In this document: positions 1 to 14,423 of the stretch, piece by piece
Numbering within the stretch: the first letter of the stretch is position 1
Layout: each line of letters begins with the position of its first letter
From: Mytilus edulis
Lineage: Eukaryota
Length of the DNA: 64,000 nucleotides
Assembly (NCBI RefSeq): GCF_963676685.1
Contig: NC_092345.1
Span: 24,862,001 to 24,926,000 of the forward strand
Reading direction: 5' to 3'
Position numbers and translations under genes: made by a program
The notes under the pieces: model-generated
What the model saw: the letters and a program-made list of their open reading frames with translations, nothing else
The model's database searches: none
What the model was told of the DNA's origin: nothing

Positions 1-1074
1 ACTCATCAGATAGACAAAAAAACAAGTGGACGTGGCCAGGTGTTTTTTTTTTTTTGACAGGTACAGACTGATAAGCTCAACTTCATTTGATTTTCATAAC
101 TTTCTAGTATATAATTACTATCTTATTGGTTGCCTTTTCATTTTTCTAGAGCTCGAGTTGTAAGTTGTCATATAAATTACACGATATATGAGTTTGACTA
201 TCCCTCTGGTATCTTTAGTCTCTCTTTTACAATGGATCAGTAGAAACTGTCGGAAACAAACATTATCCACAACACAAGGTCTGCGAAAATTACATATTAC
301 ACCCTATTCAAGCTGTATCTGTCTACAAATAAATACAAAATAAATGTGACAATTTTATAGAAGGATTTTCTTAATCATGTTTTGCGATATGATCTGATAG
401 CTGTATTCATCAAATTGAATAATCTTTCAAAAGTCAACACAATGAACCATGTAAATCACTCCAATGCAATTAAAATAATATTTCAATACAACAAGGTCGA
501 AGTTTAAATTTCAAAATTGTATGTACACACGAGACTGCATAAAACAATGTATTTCTAAAGAACTAACTTTTAAATATCTCATATTATTTTATTGCAAGGA
601 AACATCAAAATGAAAGAGTCATATATTAACAGTAAGTATATTTCAGTTACATAAATTCATTACTAAGTTGGTTAATATCATGTTTGGTTTCATCGTTTGT
701 TCGTATGTTTGTTAGTTGGTCTGTCTTTTTTTGTGGTCTGTTTTTACAAGCAAATGCTTTGTTTTTATTTCGTGGTTTTTTTTGTCAGCATGAATAACAT
801 TTTATATTGTAATGTTTGGTGTGGTAGATAAGTTTTTATTTTCTAGAAAGGACGTACCGGATACAGAGAATTGAATTTCGCTAAAAAAAATGTTTCACTT
901 CAGCAAAATTATGCATTCCAAATAACTAAGAAGGTATGAAGTTTTACGAGACACGTAAGGATATATAGCTGCCTCTAATACAACACAACAAGGATACACT
1001 TCGTACAGATTTCAGCATGCATGCAGTTACTAGTAGCCTGTTCACAGACTATGTCCGTTGATCAATTAATGTTA

Positions 1075-1473
1075 GTATGTACTAAGGTGATGTAAGGTAA
1101 ATTTAGATAAATCAAGAATTCAAAATTGATACTTTAAGCTAAAAGAGTATTAGTTAAGGATCAATATTGCCTAAAAATGTTGATAGGTCACGGAGCTCCT
1201 TTTTGGGATATTTGATTTATAAAATATGGCAGGAAAAGACTGACTCGGACTTTTACCTTATATTTGCTTTTGTATTATTTGAGTCTCAAATCGAAAGAAA
1301 AAAAATCAAGAATCTGCTTAAATTTTGTCAAAAGACCTTTTATGAGCTATTGAGTCTTATGTTGAAAGATAAATAAGTGTTATAGGACAAAATATTTTAC
1401 CTTGTATCGTAGGTAAAACACCTAGGAGTCCGAACATTTGACACTTATTCCAAAACCTCACCTAAGTACATTA
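1075..1473. mobile_element. Degenerate copy of the same MITE family (truncated paralogous copy at ~31408-31663)
   Basis: atgtactaaggtga...cctcacctaagtacat; internal sequence aligns with 42804-43202. Confidence 0.75.
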
Positions 1474-4400
1474 TTAAATACGGTTCCAATTCACTCAGGT
1501 TAGGTTAACTTTAAATGGATTTGGCTTTTTTTCTTTGTATATCCTTTTTGTATCAAACAGTGCCTAGCGATTATCGCAGTACTGACATATCCTTAAATTT
1601 GGGCTTTAGGGATGAAGGCCTAGTTATATTAGGAAAAGCGCTCAGGTGCATCAAGTTTATATAGTGTTATTTCTATTATCGAAAACTAAATTGATACCAC
1701 TTTTGGTAGACAGTTAGTCCCTAAAAGGTCACCTAGCACCAGCTTATAAGCCAGTTTTTCCATAGTGGTATTATAAAGAACAAACTTATCCTAAATTTTC
1801 CGCTAGGTTTCTTAAATGTTAAGTTGATGAATTAAGAAATTATTAAGAAACTATTTATAGTTCAAAATCATTCAGGGAAATTTTACGTTGACTATTATGT
1901 GTATGTAATATTGTTGGTCATAAAGCACACCACGTATTTAAAAACCTATAATCAATGGCTAACAAGTTGCGTTTTTAAATTCTTGGTAAAACAATATCTG
2001 AATGTGGATGATTTAAAACAAAAGTGTGGTTTACATTGTATGTTAAATAATTTTCAACAGATTCTTTTACAAAAAGTTAAACTGTAATAGTTAAAGTTAA
2101 AATAATGTACTTTGTCTCCTTTTTAACCTGTGTTAAAATGATATTACTTATAGTGAACGATCAAGCGTTAAGATTGATAATCTATTCTATTTGTACTGAT
2201 TTCAATACTACATAATCATAAACAAAGTCTAGAGATATTGAAACCTGATTTATACAAAAGGCCAACATAAACCTTGAAATTTAATTAAAAGTGCACAAAT
2301 ATAATTACAAATATAATTTCCGTTTTGAATATAGTCATACAACCGATATTTAACAAGACATTGTAGTTAATAAATAAGACAAATTAAAAACCAAAAATAC
2401 TTTTAAAAGTGAACTTTAAACGTTATGTGTTGTTTAAAAAAATGAGAAGATATGGTATGTCAATAAACTCATCCTAGATACAAGGATTGACATTTTTTTA
2501 CGGTAGACAAGAGTTTCGTCTACGAAAGACTCACTATCGACACTCGAATAAAAACAGTTAAAAAGGCAGGAATAAAGTACAAAGTTGAAGAGCTTTGACT
2601 ACCAAAAAAATCTAAACGCATTGCCAATTAAATGAGTCAAATCTCAAACAGAGACCCACCGATGTAAAAGATTTTCAACTACAGATTACCATACTGCCTA
2701 TTCCAAGGAGTAAAAAACATACCGCATTAGTATTGAATGCCACAAAAAGGCTCTAAATGACAAATGAGAAAAAGAAAACGGCCTGATGCTTGCTGGAATT
2801 AATTATACAAAAACACAAATAATAAACAGAAATAAACGGCAGACACTGAATTACAAGCTCCAAGCTAAGTACCAATACAAACAGAATACGGGGTTAAACA
2901 TGTTTGAGTGTGTGATAACCCTTTATGTACTCCAACATGTAATAATCTGTTGAAGCGTGATTCACTCATCAAATCGATACAAGGCACGAAAACAACTTAC
3001 AAAAACATGAAAGAGATATATGAGAGTACTCACATTGATTAAAAGCTAGTTAAAAACAAAAAATAAATAACAACAAATCGTATGAGATTGTATGTCTAAT
3101 GCCATATCTAATTTGGGATAACAAACCAAAATTTATTTCAGCTACAGATAATACTGCTGTGAACAAACTTATTTTCGCTGATATTTTTATGCGTTTATCC
3201 TGTTAAAACTCACTTTTCGAAATATGCTAATCTTGCTTATAAAATTATTTAGATAAACGAATAATTATCATTTGACATATTCGCAACGATATGCGGTCGC
3301 ATAGTTTTGCTACTCACGAAAGTGACATACATAAGTTATTCTAATGCATTAAAATATTATCGGAATGTTGTTATGGAAACGAAGTTACCTTCTGAGGTAA
3401 TATCACATCTCAAAGTCTTCCCTGCAAATGCTGAAAAACAACGGAATGATTTTCGAAGTTGCAGAGACATTTTAAAAGACCAATGCATCTATTTAATTCA
3501 CCAACATTGAATAACAAGGTGTGTTGGTGCAACTGAACCAGTAAATATTAAACTTATGGTTATTAAACCAGAAAGACTTCACCGTCAAAAGTAGGCAATT
3601 AACAGTTAACAATTCTCGGTCATAAACTAATTTAAGTTATTTGAAATCCACTCAGTTTATTGAAATATGAAACGCAAGGATTGGGCGTGCTATTGTGTGT
3701 TTGACACTTTTGGTCTATTTTTCCCGTATGATATACCCACCCTATTTAAAGAGAGGCACAATACCAACTGGATACTAAATTTCGAAATTATAATGACAAT
3801 TCCTTGGCAAAATAAAATGACCAACAGACAAACAATAACACACAAAACACATTATAGAAAGTTAGATACTGAGCAGTAGAATTCCACAAAAGACTCGGGG
3901 TGATCACATGTGCTCTGGAAAGGTAAACAGATCCTGCATCATAAGTGGTATACCCGTCGATTAAAGCTTAGTATTAACGTTGTAAAAAATCGTAAGTAAT
4001 TTTACTATATACATGTTTGAAGGGTCAGTTTCATGAATATCGTTAAATTGTTATGTTCATCAACCTAAAATATTGAAAATATATTCAAAACATGATTAAG
4101 CGTATCGTGTGTTTTTATACTATCTTGACCGTTATGTTCACCAATATGTAGACATTGTTTTAGAATAATAAATCAACTTATATTTTTTTTCGTTGTTCAT
4201 TTTTGAAAGTCAGTTCTATTAAATATTTTAACTTTAATAAGCTAGCAACCAAGTAAAAAGATAATGTATAAAGAAAAGACAAAAGGACTATAATAAATAT
4301 GTTCTTCAGTGAATACAAGCAAATAACAGATAGAAATTTTTTTTATATAATAAATTTTTTTTTGACTTTTTGTCTTCCTTAAAATTTAACAGATATGTTG

Positions 4401-5772
4401 ATCACCTCTTCCTCTGTGTAGCATGGTTTAGCTATTTGGTTCACTATTGACAAAATATGCCGTATTGTATACTAAAGTTATATATTGATAGCGTATGCCA
4501 CCATCTTTAAAAGTAAAGGCGTTATGGTTTTTTTCTTTGAACATTTTTTTTCAATTTCACATGGGGAATAGTTGTATACTGTACATTAAGAAATATTATT
4601 GGCAATATCGCTCCACTTTTAAACTTATACAGTTGTTATCAGTTCACAATGTGAAAGAACTTAATTATTTAGGTAAATTGTTGTTTAATATTGAAAAAAT
4701 CTTAATATGTAGTTGTATCACTTATTCATCATATGAATTTATTTTCATTCTCCGCCATACATGTATTGTGTATTATTATTGTTATTTATATTACACTGAT
4801 GCATTAAAAAAAATATTGTAAAAATGTATATTCTATAAGCTGTATTGCTTCTGAATAAAAGTATTATTATAGACAAGGTTGCAAAAATGTGTTAATATAA
4901 ATAATTTTCGAGAATAAATGAAATTTAATATTATCCAGAAGTTATTAAAAGTTTTTTTTAAATCCACATATTGTTAATACCAGTATTTCTGCAGACCCTT
5001 TTTCATTGCAAACAAAATGCCTTTTTTAAAAATGAACCTTTGTAAATTGTTTCCTCGGTAAATAAATTCAAGTACAAATCAAAAGAATTTGGTGGAAGAA
5101 AGTTCTGGACGAGCAGACAAATCAGACTGTGACATAGAACTAATAAAACTTCAATTGAAATTAATAAAAAAAAAATAGTTCAAATATATATGGAAAAAAA
5201 GATAACGATTGATGTAAGACTGAACGAATAAAATGTCTTCTAAAGATGTGTATGTACCTGATTATACCTTCAATGTTGTCGAAATAGCTTTTATCATTTC
5301 AAGACGGTTAAAAAACTTCAATTTAGATTTATTGTTCGGTTTTTAAAGAAAGCATTACAATTACATGAATTCTGTTTTGTGGTGTTTTTTATTTTATTGA
5401 TACTTAATTTCGAGATGGAGAAAATAAAAACATTAAAAAAAACACTGTATCTACATAAAACAAAATTCAACGAATATATATATTGTTTTTTAAATACATT
5501 GTTTTCTTTGTAATGTTAGAATAAAAAATAAAAAATAAGAATATTTTAATCAATGGTGTGGAAGCTCGATTCCCCATATAAAATTTACTTACGTGTGTTT
5601 AAACGTGAATCCTAACTTCACATTTGATAGAAAAAATACTATAATTAATGAAACATGTAATACAGAACTGTTACTTGACGAACACTGGAATATGTTTTCA
5701 TACCTATCAAATAAATATAATCAGCAGATTTGCTGTACCGAGTGTCGGTAATAGGGTGTAGTACATGATTCT

Positions 5773-5794
5773 ATGAATCCCATCAACATTAACG
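5773..5794 (+). CDS. Gene A (TM + B30.2/SPRY-like protein), predicted first coding exon MNPININ
   Basis: ATG AAT CCC ATC AAC ATT AAC G|GTTTGG gives a phase-1 donor that joins the phase-1 acceptor at 5962. The sequence is identical in the paralog (41644-41665). There is an in-frame upstream stop and a cagcag acceptor at ~5727. Confidence 0.6.
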
Positions 5795-5961
5795 GTTTGG
5801 CACTTATAAAACTTTTGGACAAATTGCACCTTTCAAAATCAAAATCAACAATTAGGCCTTAAGAAAAGAGATTTTATTTGTCAAAGATAAATTTTAGTAC
5901 AAAAGTAATGAACGAGTATTGTTAATTCATTATTTTACGTATATTGTATATTGATTTATAG

Positions 5962-6273
5962 ATGGCACAAGCAATGATCCAAATTCCATGGATCTAGGCT
6001 CCGATTTTTGTGGCAACGTTGAAGACTTAAGACAAGAAAATATTCTCCAGAGTTCAACTGCACAGGTTAAAAACGTAAATGAAAGCAGTCAAGAACCGTT
6101 GCAGTTATTTGCAAAACCAATCAGACCGAATACAAAATCTACGGCCATCAGAGATATATGTATAAGATTGAAAGAGCACAAGTGGTCCTTACTTGCATTT
6201 GTGTGTGGTGTTATCCTGACACTAGCGATAGTTGTCCCTGTGATGGTTGTGAACTGCTCATCTTCGGAAAAGG
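5962..6273 (+). CDS. Gene A exon 2: N-terminal tail, transmembrane helix (WSLLAFVCGVILTLAIVVPVMVV) and Cys-containing stalk
   Basis: Acceptor tttatag|AT and donor AAG G|GTATAC define a 312-nt phase 1-1 exon. It overlaps ORF 5988-6293 and has the same length and boundaries as in gene B. Confidence 0.85.
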
Positions 6274-8394
6274 GTATACTTTATTTCTGTTAATCTATTA
6301 TGATTGAGATTGGTCAAATAGTCATCAATGTGGAAAAAAACAACTTCAATTTTTTTTTATATTGACATTAAAGTTTTCAAAACTAAATCAAGTATTGCAG
6401 TTTCGAGGTCTCTTACTATATCTAAAAATAGTTTTTTGTGTGCAGACATAGTCCTTTCGTCACATTTTGACCGGAGTTACTAAACTCATATACCCCAGAA
6501 AATGCACTTTCCTTTTAAAACACGCATCTACTTATTTTAAAATCAATTTTATAACATCCTTTTGGCAAAGTATTATACTTAAGGGTGTTCGCTACTATAT
6601 TGTAGAATAACAAGCTTTTTAAAAGACTTTTATAGATTTATAATATAATTAAAGGAACTAAAAAGACAGAAATAAATGAATGATTCGTGCGCTTGTTTTG
6701 AAAATATAAGCTACTGAGAAACTTAGCTTAATTTGTACAAACGCACAAACTAAAAGTGATCAAGTACATTAAAGAAAAGTAAATAAAAACTCTCACTTCT
6801 ATGACAGTTGCATCAAATTCCGTTATATTTACAACGATGCGTGAACAAAACAGACGTAATAAACAAAAGTCAAAATATGGGTATAGCAGTCATCACCGTG
6901 TTACAATCTCAAAACAAACAATCATTTACTAAATTTAGTGCTATAAAACCAGGTTCAATCCACAATTTTCTACATCTGAAAATGCCTTTACCAAGTAAGG
7001 AATATGACAGTTGTTGTCCATTCGTTTGATGTGTTTTGTTATTTGATTTTGCAATTTGATAAAGGAATTTACGATTGTATTTTCCTCGGAGTTCAGTATT
7101 TTTGTGATTTTACTTTTTTTTACATTTACGTTGCAAAATGCATTTACCTTTAAAGGCACGTATCATTCTATCTTAGAATCAATTTGTACGACATAGTTGA
7201 CATAATACTATGCTTTCACAAGATGGAAACAAGATAACCTTCTAAACATCAACAGAAATTGAATAAAATTCGGTGGAATGTCCGGACGATACAATCATGG
7301 TTGCGTTCCGTTAAAAATGTCACTGTTATAAATTTACTGTTAATGGACGAACGTTCGGTTTTGTCGTGGCCTGTCGTGCAAAATGTCAAAAACATATTTC
7401 GAGTGGTCACATCAGCTACGACATGTCCACGATGGTTCCACGATGGGGACAAGACAGAAAAAAAATGTAATTGAACTGTCGTGGGTTTGTTGCAAGTCGG
7501 TCGTGTGACAGTCGTGCGATAACCGTACGACAATCGTGAGTTTTGAGTTCAGTATTTTTGTGATTTTACTTTTTACCAACCAACGTTGGGCGTTTCCCTG
7601 GTTCCTTTACTGTTCAAGGGCTAGAGTCAACGCTTTTAAACATCAATTCTCTGTAATAATAGACCAAATATGAAAAATTTTGGCCAGATTATTTGTTTTC
7701 GATTACTTTTTTTTTAAGTTGAAATGGTCCAAACTAACAGTCAAATTAAAAAAAATCAATAAAAAAAATCTGACTAGTCTGGTTGCCATGGAAACCACGT
7801 GACATCATATGCATATATTAGTATAGCAAGGAGAAATGGCTAACATTGTATTTTATGGTAAAAATGAGATAAAGCATTTCATTTTTTGTTATTTTCATGG
7901 GTATAAGAGAAGATTTCGATCATTTAAACTGCTAACTGACAAATTTGTCGAATAAAAACAGTTTTTTGGTACATAAGGTGGTCCACTTAACACAAAAATC
8001 GACATGATTTTTGCCGTTTTTTGTCATTTTTTACATCTGATTTTACCAAAAACGCAGAAATCCTCACATAAAAGACTATAAAATATAAAATTATGGATGT
8101 TTTGTCAACAAAAAGCTGCAAAAAAATTCTTGGGTAAATGTTGCAGAAAGTTGCCAATAGAGGAATATTAGTCATTGTAATTTACCCTGAAATTCCACCT
8201 TTTTTAGGTTCTATTTGTAAATAAATATTTCATATGAATATTTTCATGATAAAATAGTCCTTTCTTATGAAAACAACTATGTTTAGATGTATTGCGGGTA
8301 ATTGTATCATATTACATATTCCAGCAATTAAACATTTCATGCTCAAACTAATCTGGATGTAATTTCGAAAAATGAGTTATTTCCCTTTTTTGAA

Positions 8395-8968
8395 AGGAGT
8401 AGGTCCAGTAAGACCCCTTTTTGACCCCAAAATATAGCAGTTTTATCGGATTGTAAAAACTTTTAGTTATTTATTGGACAGTAGAATGCTTCTGCTACAT
8501 AAATATGGGCTGTTTTGGACAATACAATGCACATATATCGGGTACTAACACCATTAAGTCATGCTAAATTACTGAAATCTTCACAATTCTATCATTTTAG
8601 TTAAATTTTAGACGGTTTTCGTGTAAAACGAAAGTGGCCGCATTTGTGTTCATCCTTAATATTGAAATGTAAGCTGTATTTAATGATAATACATCACATA
8701 TATAAAGGTTGAGAATGAACACGGATGCGGCCACTTTCATTTTGGACAAAAACCATCCGAAAAGTGACATTTTTTGGCATATTTGGTAGATTTTTTCTAT
8801 TTGAGCTTGAATTGGATCGTTTTTAATGACTAAATCAGTTAAAATCTTTCACATAAACTAATTGATTCAAATGAAATAGACACTTAAGTGTTTAAAAAGG
8901 GGTCAAAATCTTTTGTCAAATGAGCCTGAAATTTGAGGCCAAAATCAGTCCTTACCGGACCTACTCCT
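8395..8968. mobile_element. MITE with terminal and internal inverted repeats
   Basis: AGGAGTAGGTCCAGTAAG ... CTTACCGGACCTACTCCT; internal IR aaagtggccgcat / atgcggccacttt. Confidence 0.8.
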
Positions 8969-9652
8969 TTTCGTTCAAGAGATAGAGAAAAAAAACTTTA
9001 GCAGCAATAATATTTAGGAGACAACTTGATTATACTATTTCTGGATCACTTTTCCTCACTAGACAGCTGTCGGCGGAAAGGAAATTAGCAAATGAAAAAA
9101 TTAATATTTTATCAAATTTAACCAACAACTTTAAAAAAAAATTATTAGAAAATAATTATTAGTTTTAAATTATAGGGTAGTTAATAATGTTGATATTATA
9201 ACTGCTTTGCAACAAAACATAAGTAAAAAAATATAACTATGTTTTATATATAAAATATATAACCGGTAAAATCACGGTTTCATACTAAAAATGTTCAAAG
9301 GCAAATCTCGTGAATCTTTCATATAAATACGGAGTACTTCAGCTATTTATTTTAATACTGCAATTACATACGTTTGAATATGAGCAAAAGAAAAAAATCG
9401 AATTTTACCAATGCAAAACTACAGTGCCCAGTTTCATCCTAAATGTAACAAAGAAGATGTGGTATGATTGCCAATGAGACAACTGTCCATAAGAGACCAG
9501 AAATAAAATCCCTAATAAATTATGTCATCTATATTAAAACGCATCAAATAATAGTTTAAATCTGTGTTAAAATCATTTTGTTATCACAAGTTATGGAACT
9601 GTTTACAAAGGAAATTTACTTATTTGATAAAAAAAAAAAAAAACAAAAAAAA

Positions 9653-11132
9653 AACAGATGCTCCGCAGGGCGCAGCTTTACACAACCGCATAGGCTGAAC
9701 CCTGAACGGTTGGGGCAAGTATGGACACAACATTCAAGCTGGATTCAGCTCTGGATTGCGATTAAATAGTTGACACAGCATAGGTTTCTGACACAGAATA
9801 AATGTGGTCTAATGAACTTTAAATACTTTTTTTTGCCTTTAAGCAATTCACTATGCTGTTGAAAATTTATCCTCTCAAAAAAATGTTTGAAGAAATTTTC
9901 CTTTTATTTATGAAATCTAAAATGAGAAAAATTGAACCCCCCTCCCCCCCCCCCCCAATTTTTTTTCACATCCCCCTTTCCCTTATTCCAAAACTGATCT
10001 CAATTCAAACTTCTAATGGAGTTTGCAACAATAACTATTCATTTAAATACATCATAAAATATTAAAATGTAAAAAAAGTGCTTGTTATCACTGAATGGTA
10101 AAGATTGTTTTAATTTATCAATTGGTAGTAAAAGTGAATATACATTGTATATTGTATAAAACAATGATTTAAGTTGATTCAACTACTATTCTGGACAAAG
10201 AATGATAACTCCAATTTAAAATTTCTTGCTATTGCACAATATTGTGCAATTAGATATTTCTTGCTATTGCGCAATACTGTGCAATTGAAAATACTTGCTA
10301 TTGTACAACACTGTGCAATTGAAGATTTCTTGCTATTGCGCAATACTGTGCAATTGAAAATTTCTTGCTATTGCACAATACTGTGCAATTGTAGATTTCT
10401 TGCTATTGCTGAATACTATGCAATTGAAAATTTCTTGCTATTGCACAATACTTAATATGATAATTTTGGATCCTGATTTGGATCAACTTGATAACTGGGC
10501 CCATAATCAAAAATCTAAGTACATGTTTAGATTCAGCATATCAAAGAAGCCCAAGAATTCAATTTTTTTTAAATCAAACTTAGTTTAATTTTGGACCCTT
10601 TGGACCTTAATGTAGACCAATTTGAAAACGGGACCAAAAATTAAGAATCTACATACACAGTTAGATTCGGCATATCAAAGAACCCCAATTATTCAATTTT
10701 TGATGAAATCAAACAAAGTTTAATTTTTGACCCTTTGGGCCCCTTATTCCTAAAATATTGAGACCAAAACTCCCAAAGTCAATTCCAACCTTCCTTTTAT
10801 GGTTATAAACCTTGTGTTTAAATTTCATAGATTTCTATTTACTTATACTAAAGTTATGGTGCGAAAACCAAGAAAAATGCTTATTTGGGCCCCTTTTTGG
10901 CCCCTTATTCCTAAACTGTTGCGACCTCAACTCATAAAATCAATCCAATCCTTCCTTTTGTGGTCATAAACCTTGTGTCAAAATTTCATAGATTTCTATT
11001 TACTTAAACTAAAGTTATAGTGCAAAAACCAAATGTCTTCGGACGACGACGATGACGTCGACGCAGACGACGACGCCAACGTGATACCAATGTACTACCA
11101 AAAAAATGTCAATTTTTGCGGTCGTATAAAAA
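9653..11132 (-). mobile_element. HINE/Helentron-like non-autonomous element with internal tandem repeats
   Basis: Subterminal IR (tttacacaaccgc / gcggtcgtataaa), (gac)n microsatellite, internal 35-bp and ~160-bp tandem repeats, inserted in an A-tract. Confidence 0.65.
10219..10451. repeat. 35-bp palindromic minisatellite, about 6.5 copies
   Basis: Unit aaaatttcttgctattgcacaatactgtgcaattg, head to tail, no spacers. Confidence 0.9.
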
Positions 11133-11458
11133 TGGAAAATGGTGTGAGCAAAAAATCAATTCTTAATTTTGTCTACTTTTGACTAGTGAAGTGTACAAAT
11201 TTTCAAATAAATATTTTAATTATTCTATAGAATCTCCCCCATTTTTAAATTGAATATTTTTTTATATTTTGTAATACCACAAAAACAAGTATGAGTAAAT
11301 TCTGTTTGTTAACTGCTAAATTACTTAATAAACTTACTTTATTTGAAAATTTATCAAAAGAATGTATATTTATACATGTAATATTAGAAATGTAATTAAG
11401 AAATTACTTTATATCCAGATTAAATCACCAAATATGCATAAATTCCAGAGTTTTGTTT

Positions 11459-12338
11459 TTGCCTAAAACCATGTTCGGCAATAGGGCGAATAATCATCAT
11501 CAGATTTCAGGAAATAAGCTGACAATTTCAGGCAATAACTTAATGCCTAGGCGTTAGCTTATTGCATAGAATTTAAGCTTAATGCCTAATTTCACTTATT
11601 GCCGCTAACATATATAACAACAACAACAACAAAAACACTCAAAAGAAAACACCAAAACCTTTTTTCTTTTAAAAATAATTAAAGTATGAATACTGTACGA
11701 AAGAACAACAGTAGCACTGTCACTGATACTTATTAAAATTAGCATCTGCCTAAAGTACACTTCATTCCAAAATTACGGTTTTTCAACAAAGATGTAGTAC
11801 TTTGTCCTCTAACCTTTACTTTAATTGAATTGAAGAAAAAAAATTACCAAGTTATATGTTCAGTTTTAATTCAAATGAGTTTTTACTTAATTACATGAAG
11901 AATACGTGTTTTGGTATTGCCTAAAACCATGTTCGGCAATAGGGCGAATAATCATCATCAGATTTCAGGAAATAAGCTGAAAATTTCAGGCAATAACTTA
12001 ATGCCTGGGCGTTAGCTTATTACCTAGGATTTAAGCTTAATGCCTAATTTCACTTATTGCCGCTAACATATATAACAACAACAAAAAAACACTCAAAAGA
12101 AAACACCAAAACATTTTTTTCTTTTAAAAATAATTAAAGTATGAATACAGTACGAAAGAACAACAGTAGCACTGCCACTGATACTTATTAAAATTAGCAT
12201 CTGCCTAAAGTACACTTCATTCCAAAATTACAGTTTTTCAACAAAGATGTAGTATTTTGTCCTCTAACCTTTACTTTAATTGAATTGAAGAAAACAAATT
12301 ACCAAGTTATATGTTCAGTTTTGATTCAAACGAGTTTT
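11459..12338. repeat. Two-copy tandem duplication, period ~458 bp
   Basis: gcctaaaaccatgttcggcaatagggcg at 11461 and 11919; high identity throughout. Confidence 0.9.
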
Positions 12339-12398
12339 TATGCCCTACCTACGATAGTAGAGGGGCATTATGTTTTCTGGTCTGTGCGTCCGTTCGTC

Positions 12399-12429
<31 letters not shown>

Positions 12430-12831
12430 TCGTTCGTCTGTTGGTTCGTCCGTCTGTCCCGCTTCAGGTTCAAGTTTTTGGTCAAGGTAGTTTTTGATGA
12501 AGTTGAAGTCCAATCAACTTGAAACTTAGTACACATGTTCCTTATGATATGATCTTTCTAATTTTAAAGCCAAATTAAACTTTTGACTCCAATTTCACGG
12601 TCAACTGAACATAGAAAATGAAAGTGCATGTTTCAGGTTAAAGTTTTTGGCCGAGGTAGTTTTTGATGAAGTTGAAGTCCAATCAACTTGAAACTTAGTA
12701 CACATGTTCCCTATGATATTATCTTTTTAATTTTAATGCCTTATTATATTTTTTATCCAATTTCACGGTCCATTGAACATGGAAAATGATAGTGCGAGTG
12801 GGGCATTCGTGTACTTTGGACACATTCTTGT
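12335..12831 (+). mobile_element. HINE/Helentron-like element (shorter relative at ~18855-19143)
   Basis: ttttatgccc...gggcat IR, (gtcy)n microsatellite, two ~180-bp core repeats, 3' hairpin gtgcgagtggggcattcgtgtac. Inserted in a T-run; the empty site is visible in the adjacent tandem unit (~11880). Confidence 0.75.
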
Positions 12832-13899
12832 TACTTAATTACTTGAAGAATACGCTGTAAAATAAATTGATTCTCTAAATCCACAATTTTTAAACATAAA
12901 ACCCAAATTTTCCATAAATATAATGAACTTAGTAATGAACCCATTTTGTTTATCTCTGTATTTAAAGAAAATCATTTGAAGCATCCATCCCAAAATTGTT
13001 TTATTTTAGTGCCTCTCTATTTCTTAATTTTTTGTGCAATTTTTTTTTTTTTTTTAAATATGTCACTACCCCCACCCCCTCTTTTTTTTAAGGTTTGCAT
13101 TAAGGTTTTTTATTGTCAACCATAGGTCAGTCATTTGAACAAACATATTCAACAAACACCAACATCAATATAACATGTTAGTTAGATTATATGGTGGAAA
13201 TTGTCTGGTATGATAGAAAACATATGAAAAATTAATCTACATGAAGAGTTTACACCCCTAATATGACCTAATTTGAATTATCCGCCATTGATTTAAAATA
13301 TATTTACCCAAAATAGTTTTTCATTAATGATTAGCTGAATACCTAATCTTTAAGTGTAGTGAGTCGTGTTTTGGCTATATTTCTGCGAAAAAAATATTTT
13401 AGGGACCAAATTTGGTCGAATTTTACTCTTTTTGCTTAAGACCCACAGTACCTGAAATAGCTATTAGCTCTGATATTCTATACTGTATTTCACCGTATAA
13501 GATTTACTTTAATAAATATATTTTTATAAAGCATATTCTGTTGTTCATTTAATGATAAACTTTTTAAAGCTATCTGCCATAATAAATGAGCTGTGCATAA
13601 TTGAAATTTGGTCATTTTGAGGTAAATTTTTCCTTGGTTGCTAAGGAAATTTATGTTCCTTGGCAACCGACAAGAAGGACTGGGATGATTAAGATTTTAA
13701 ACTGATTTTTATGAATAATGCAACTAACTTTGATGTTAGAGGTAGTTTTTCTATCACAATATTTTTTTTATGTGGCCAGCTGTTGGTTGATGCATACAGA
13801 GAATCGATGTTAAAGAACCATATTTTGCCCTTCTTGGAGTCCGGGAAGGCGCCTATTAAGCAAAGCTAACCAGAATCGTTCTGATGGAATAGCCATCCT

Positions 13900-14423
13900 C
13901 TTTTAACGGTAGACGGTATGTTTTTCCAAACATACATTCCCGCTGAATTGTATTCTTCTAAATCAAACGAAAATATGTTGGCCGACGAACGTACCACTGT
14001 CGTACGACAGACAATCAATGTTGTGCGAGCATTGTACGAAATTTGGTATTCGTGAGACAATCTGTATCTTCCGACAGTCGTGAGATTGTCGTACGACAGT
14101 CGTGTGACAATTGTTTGATTAAAATGGTTTATGTTGATACTCACGACAATGTGTTTATCGCACGACAGTCGCACGACGGTTGTAAATAAACTCATCATAG
14201 ACACTTTCACGAAGGCCACAAGACAGTGACAAGACACAAAATCGTAGAGCAAAAAGGTGCATGTCCAATTTTCGTCCCACAACACACGACAGCGCCACAA
14301 TACTCAAAATATCGTGCGACTGTCGTGCGATTATCGTACGACGACCACAGATGACCCGCGATTTGACCAAATGTCATGTCGTGGCGCTGCATAGATGTGT
14401 CGTGGGCTTGTTGTGACCAGGGC
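13900..14423. mobile_element. Right part of a Harbinger-like non-autonomous element (related segment at ~7250-7540)
   Basis: Dense gtcgt/acgac motifs ending ttgtgaccagggc|TAA. Confidence 0.5.

Larger units (their letters stand above)
220..6690 (+). repeat. Segmental duplication, copy 1 (upstream region + exons 1-2 of gene A)
   Basis: Colinear blocks: 220-2700 with 30175-32920; 3250-3630 with 34170-34319 + 36149-36215; 5360-5920 with 40572-41780; 5925-6690 with 43635-44420. Confidence 0.9.

Noticed and set aside
1899-2087. 62-aa ORF repeated at 32131-32319
   Set aside because: No recognisable domain or splice structure, GTG start in this copy, and the differences seen are non-synonymous. Similarity is explained by the DNA duplication.
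5988-6293. Single-exon small membrane protein as given by the ORF track (also 43718-44107)
   Set aside because: Conserved splice sites at both ends and divergent read-through tails show these are internal exons.
10219-10451. Palindromic 35-bp repeats resembling a CRISPR array
   Set aside because: Units are head to tail with no unique spacers, no cas genes, eukaryotic context; internal minisatellite of a HINE-like element.
13866-14392. Overlapping minus-strand ORFs up to 144 aa
   Set aside because: Arise from repetitive gtcgt/acgac motifs of a non-autonomous transposon.
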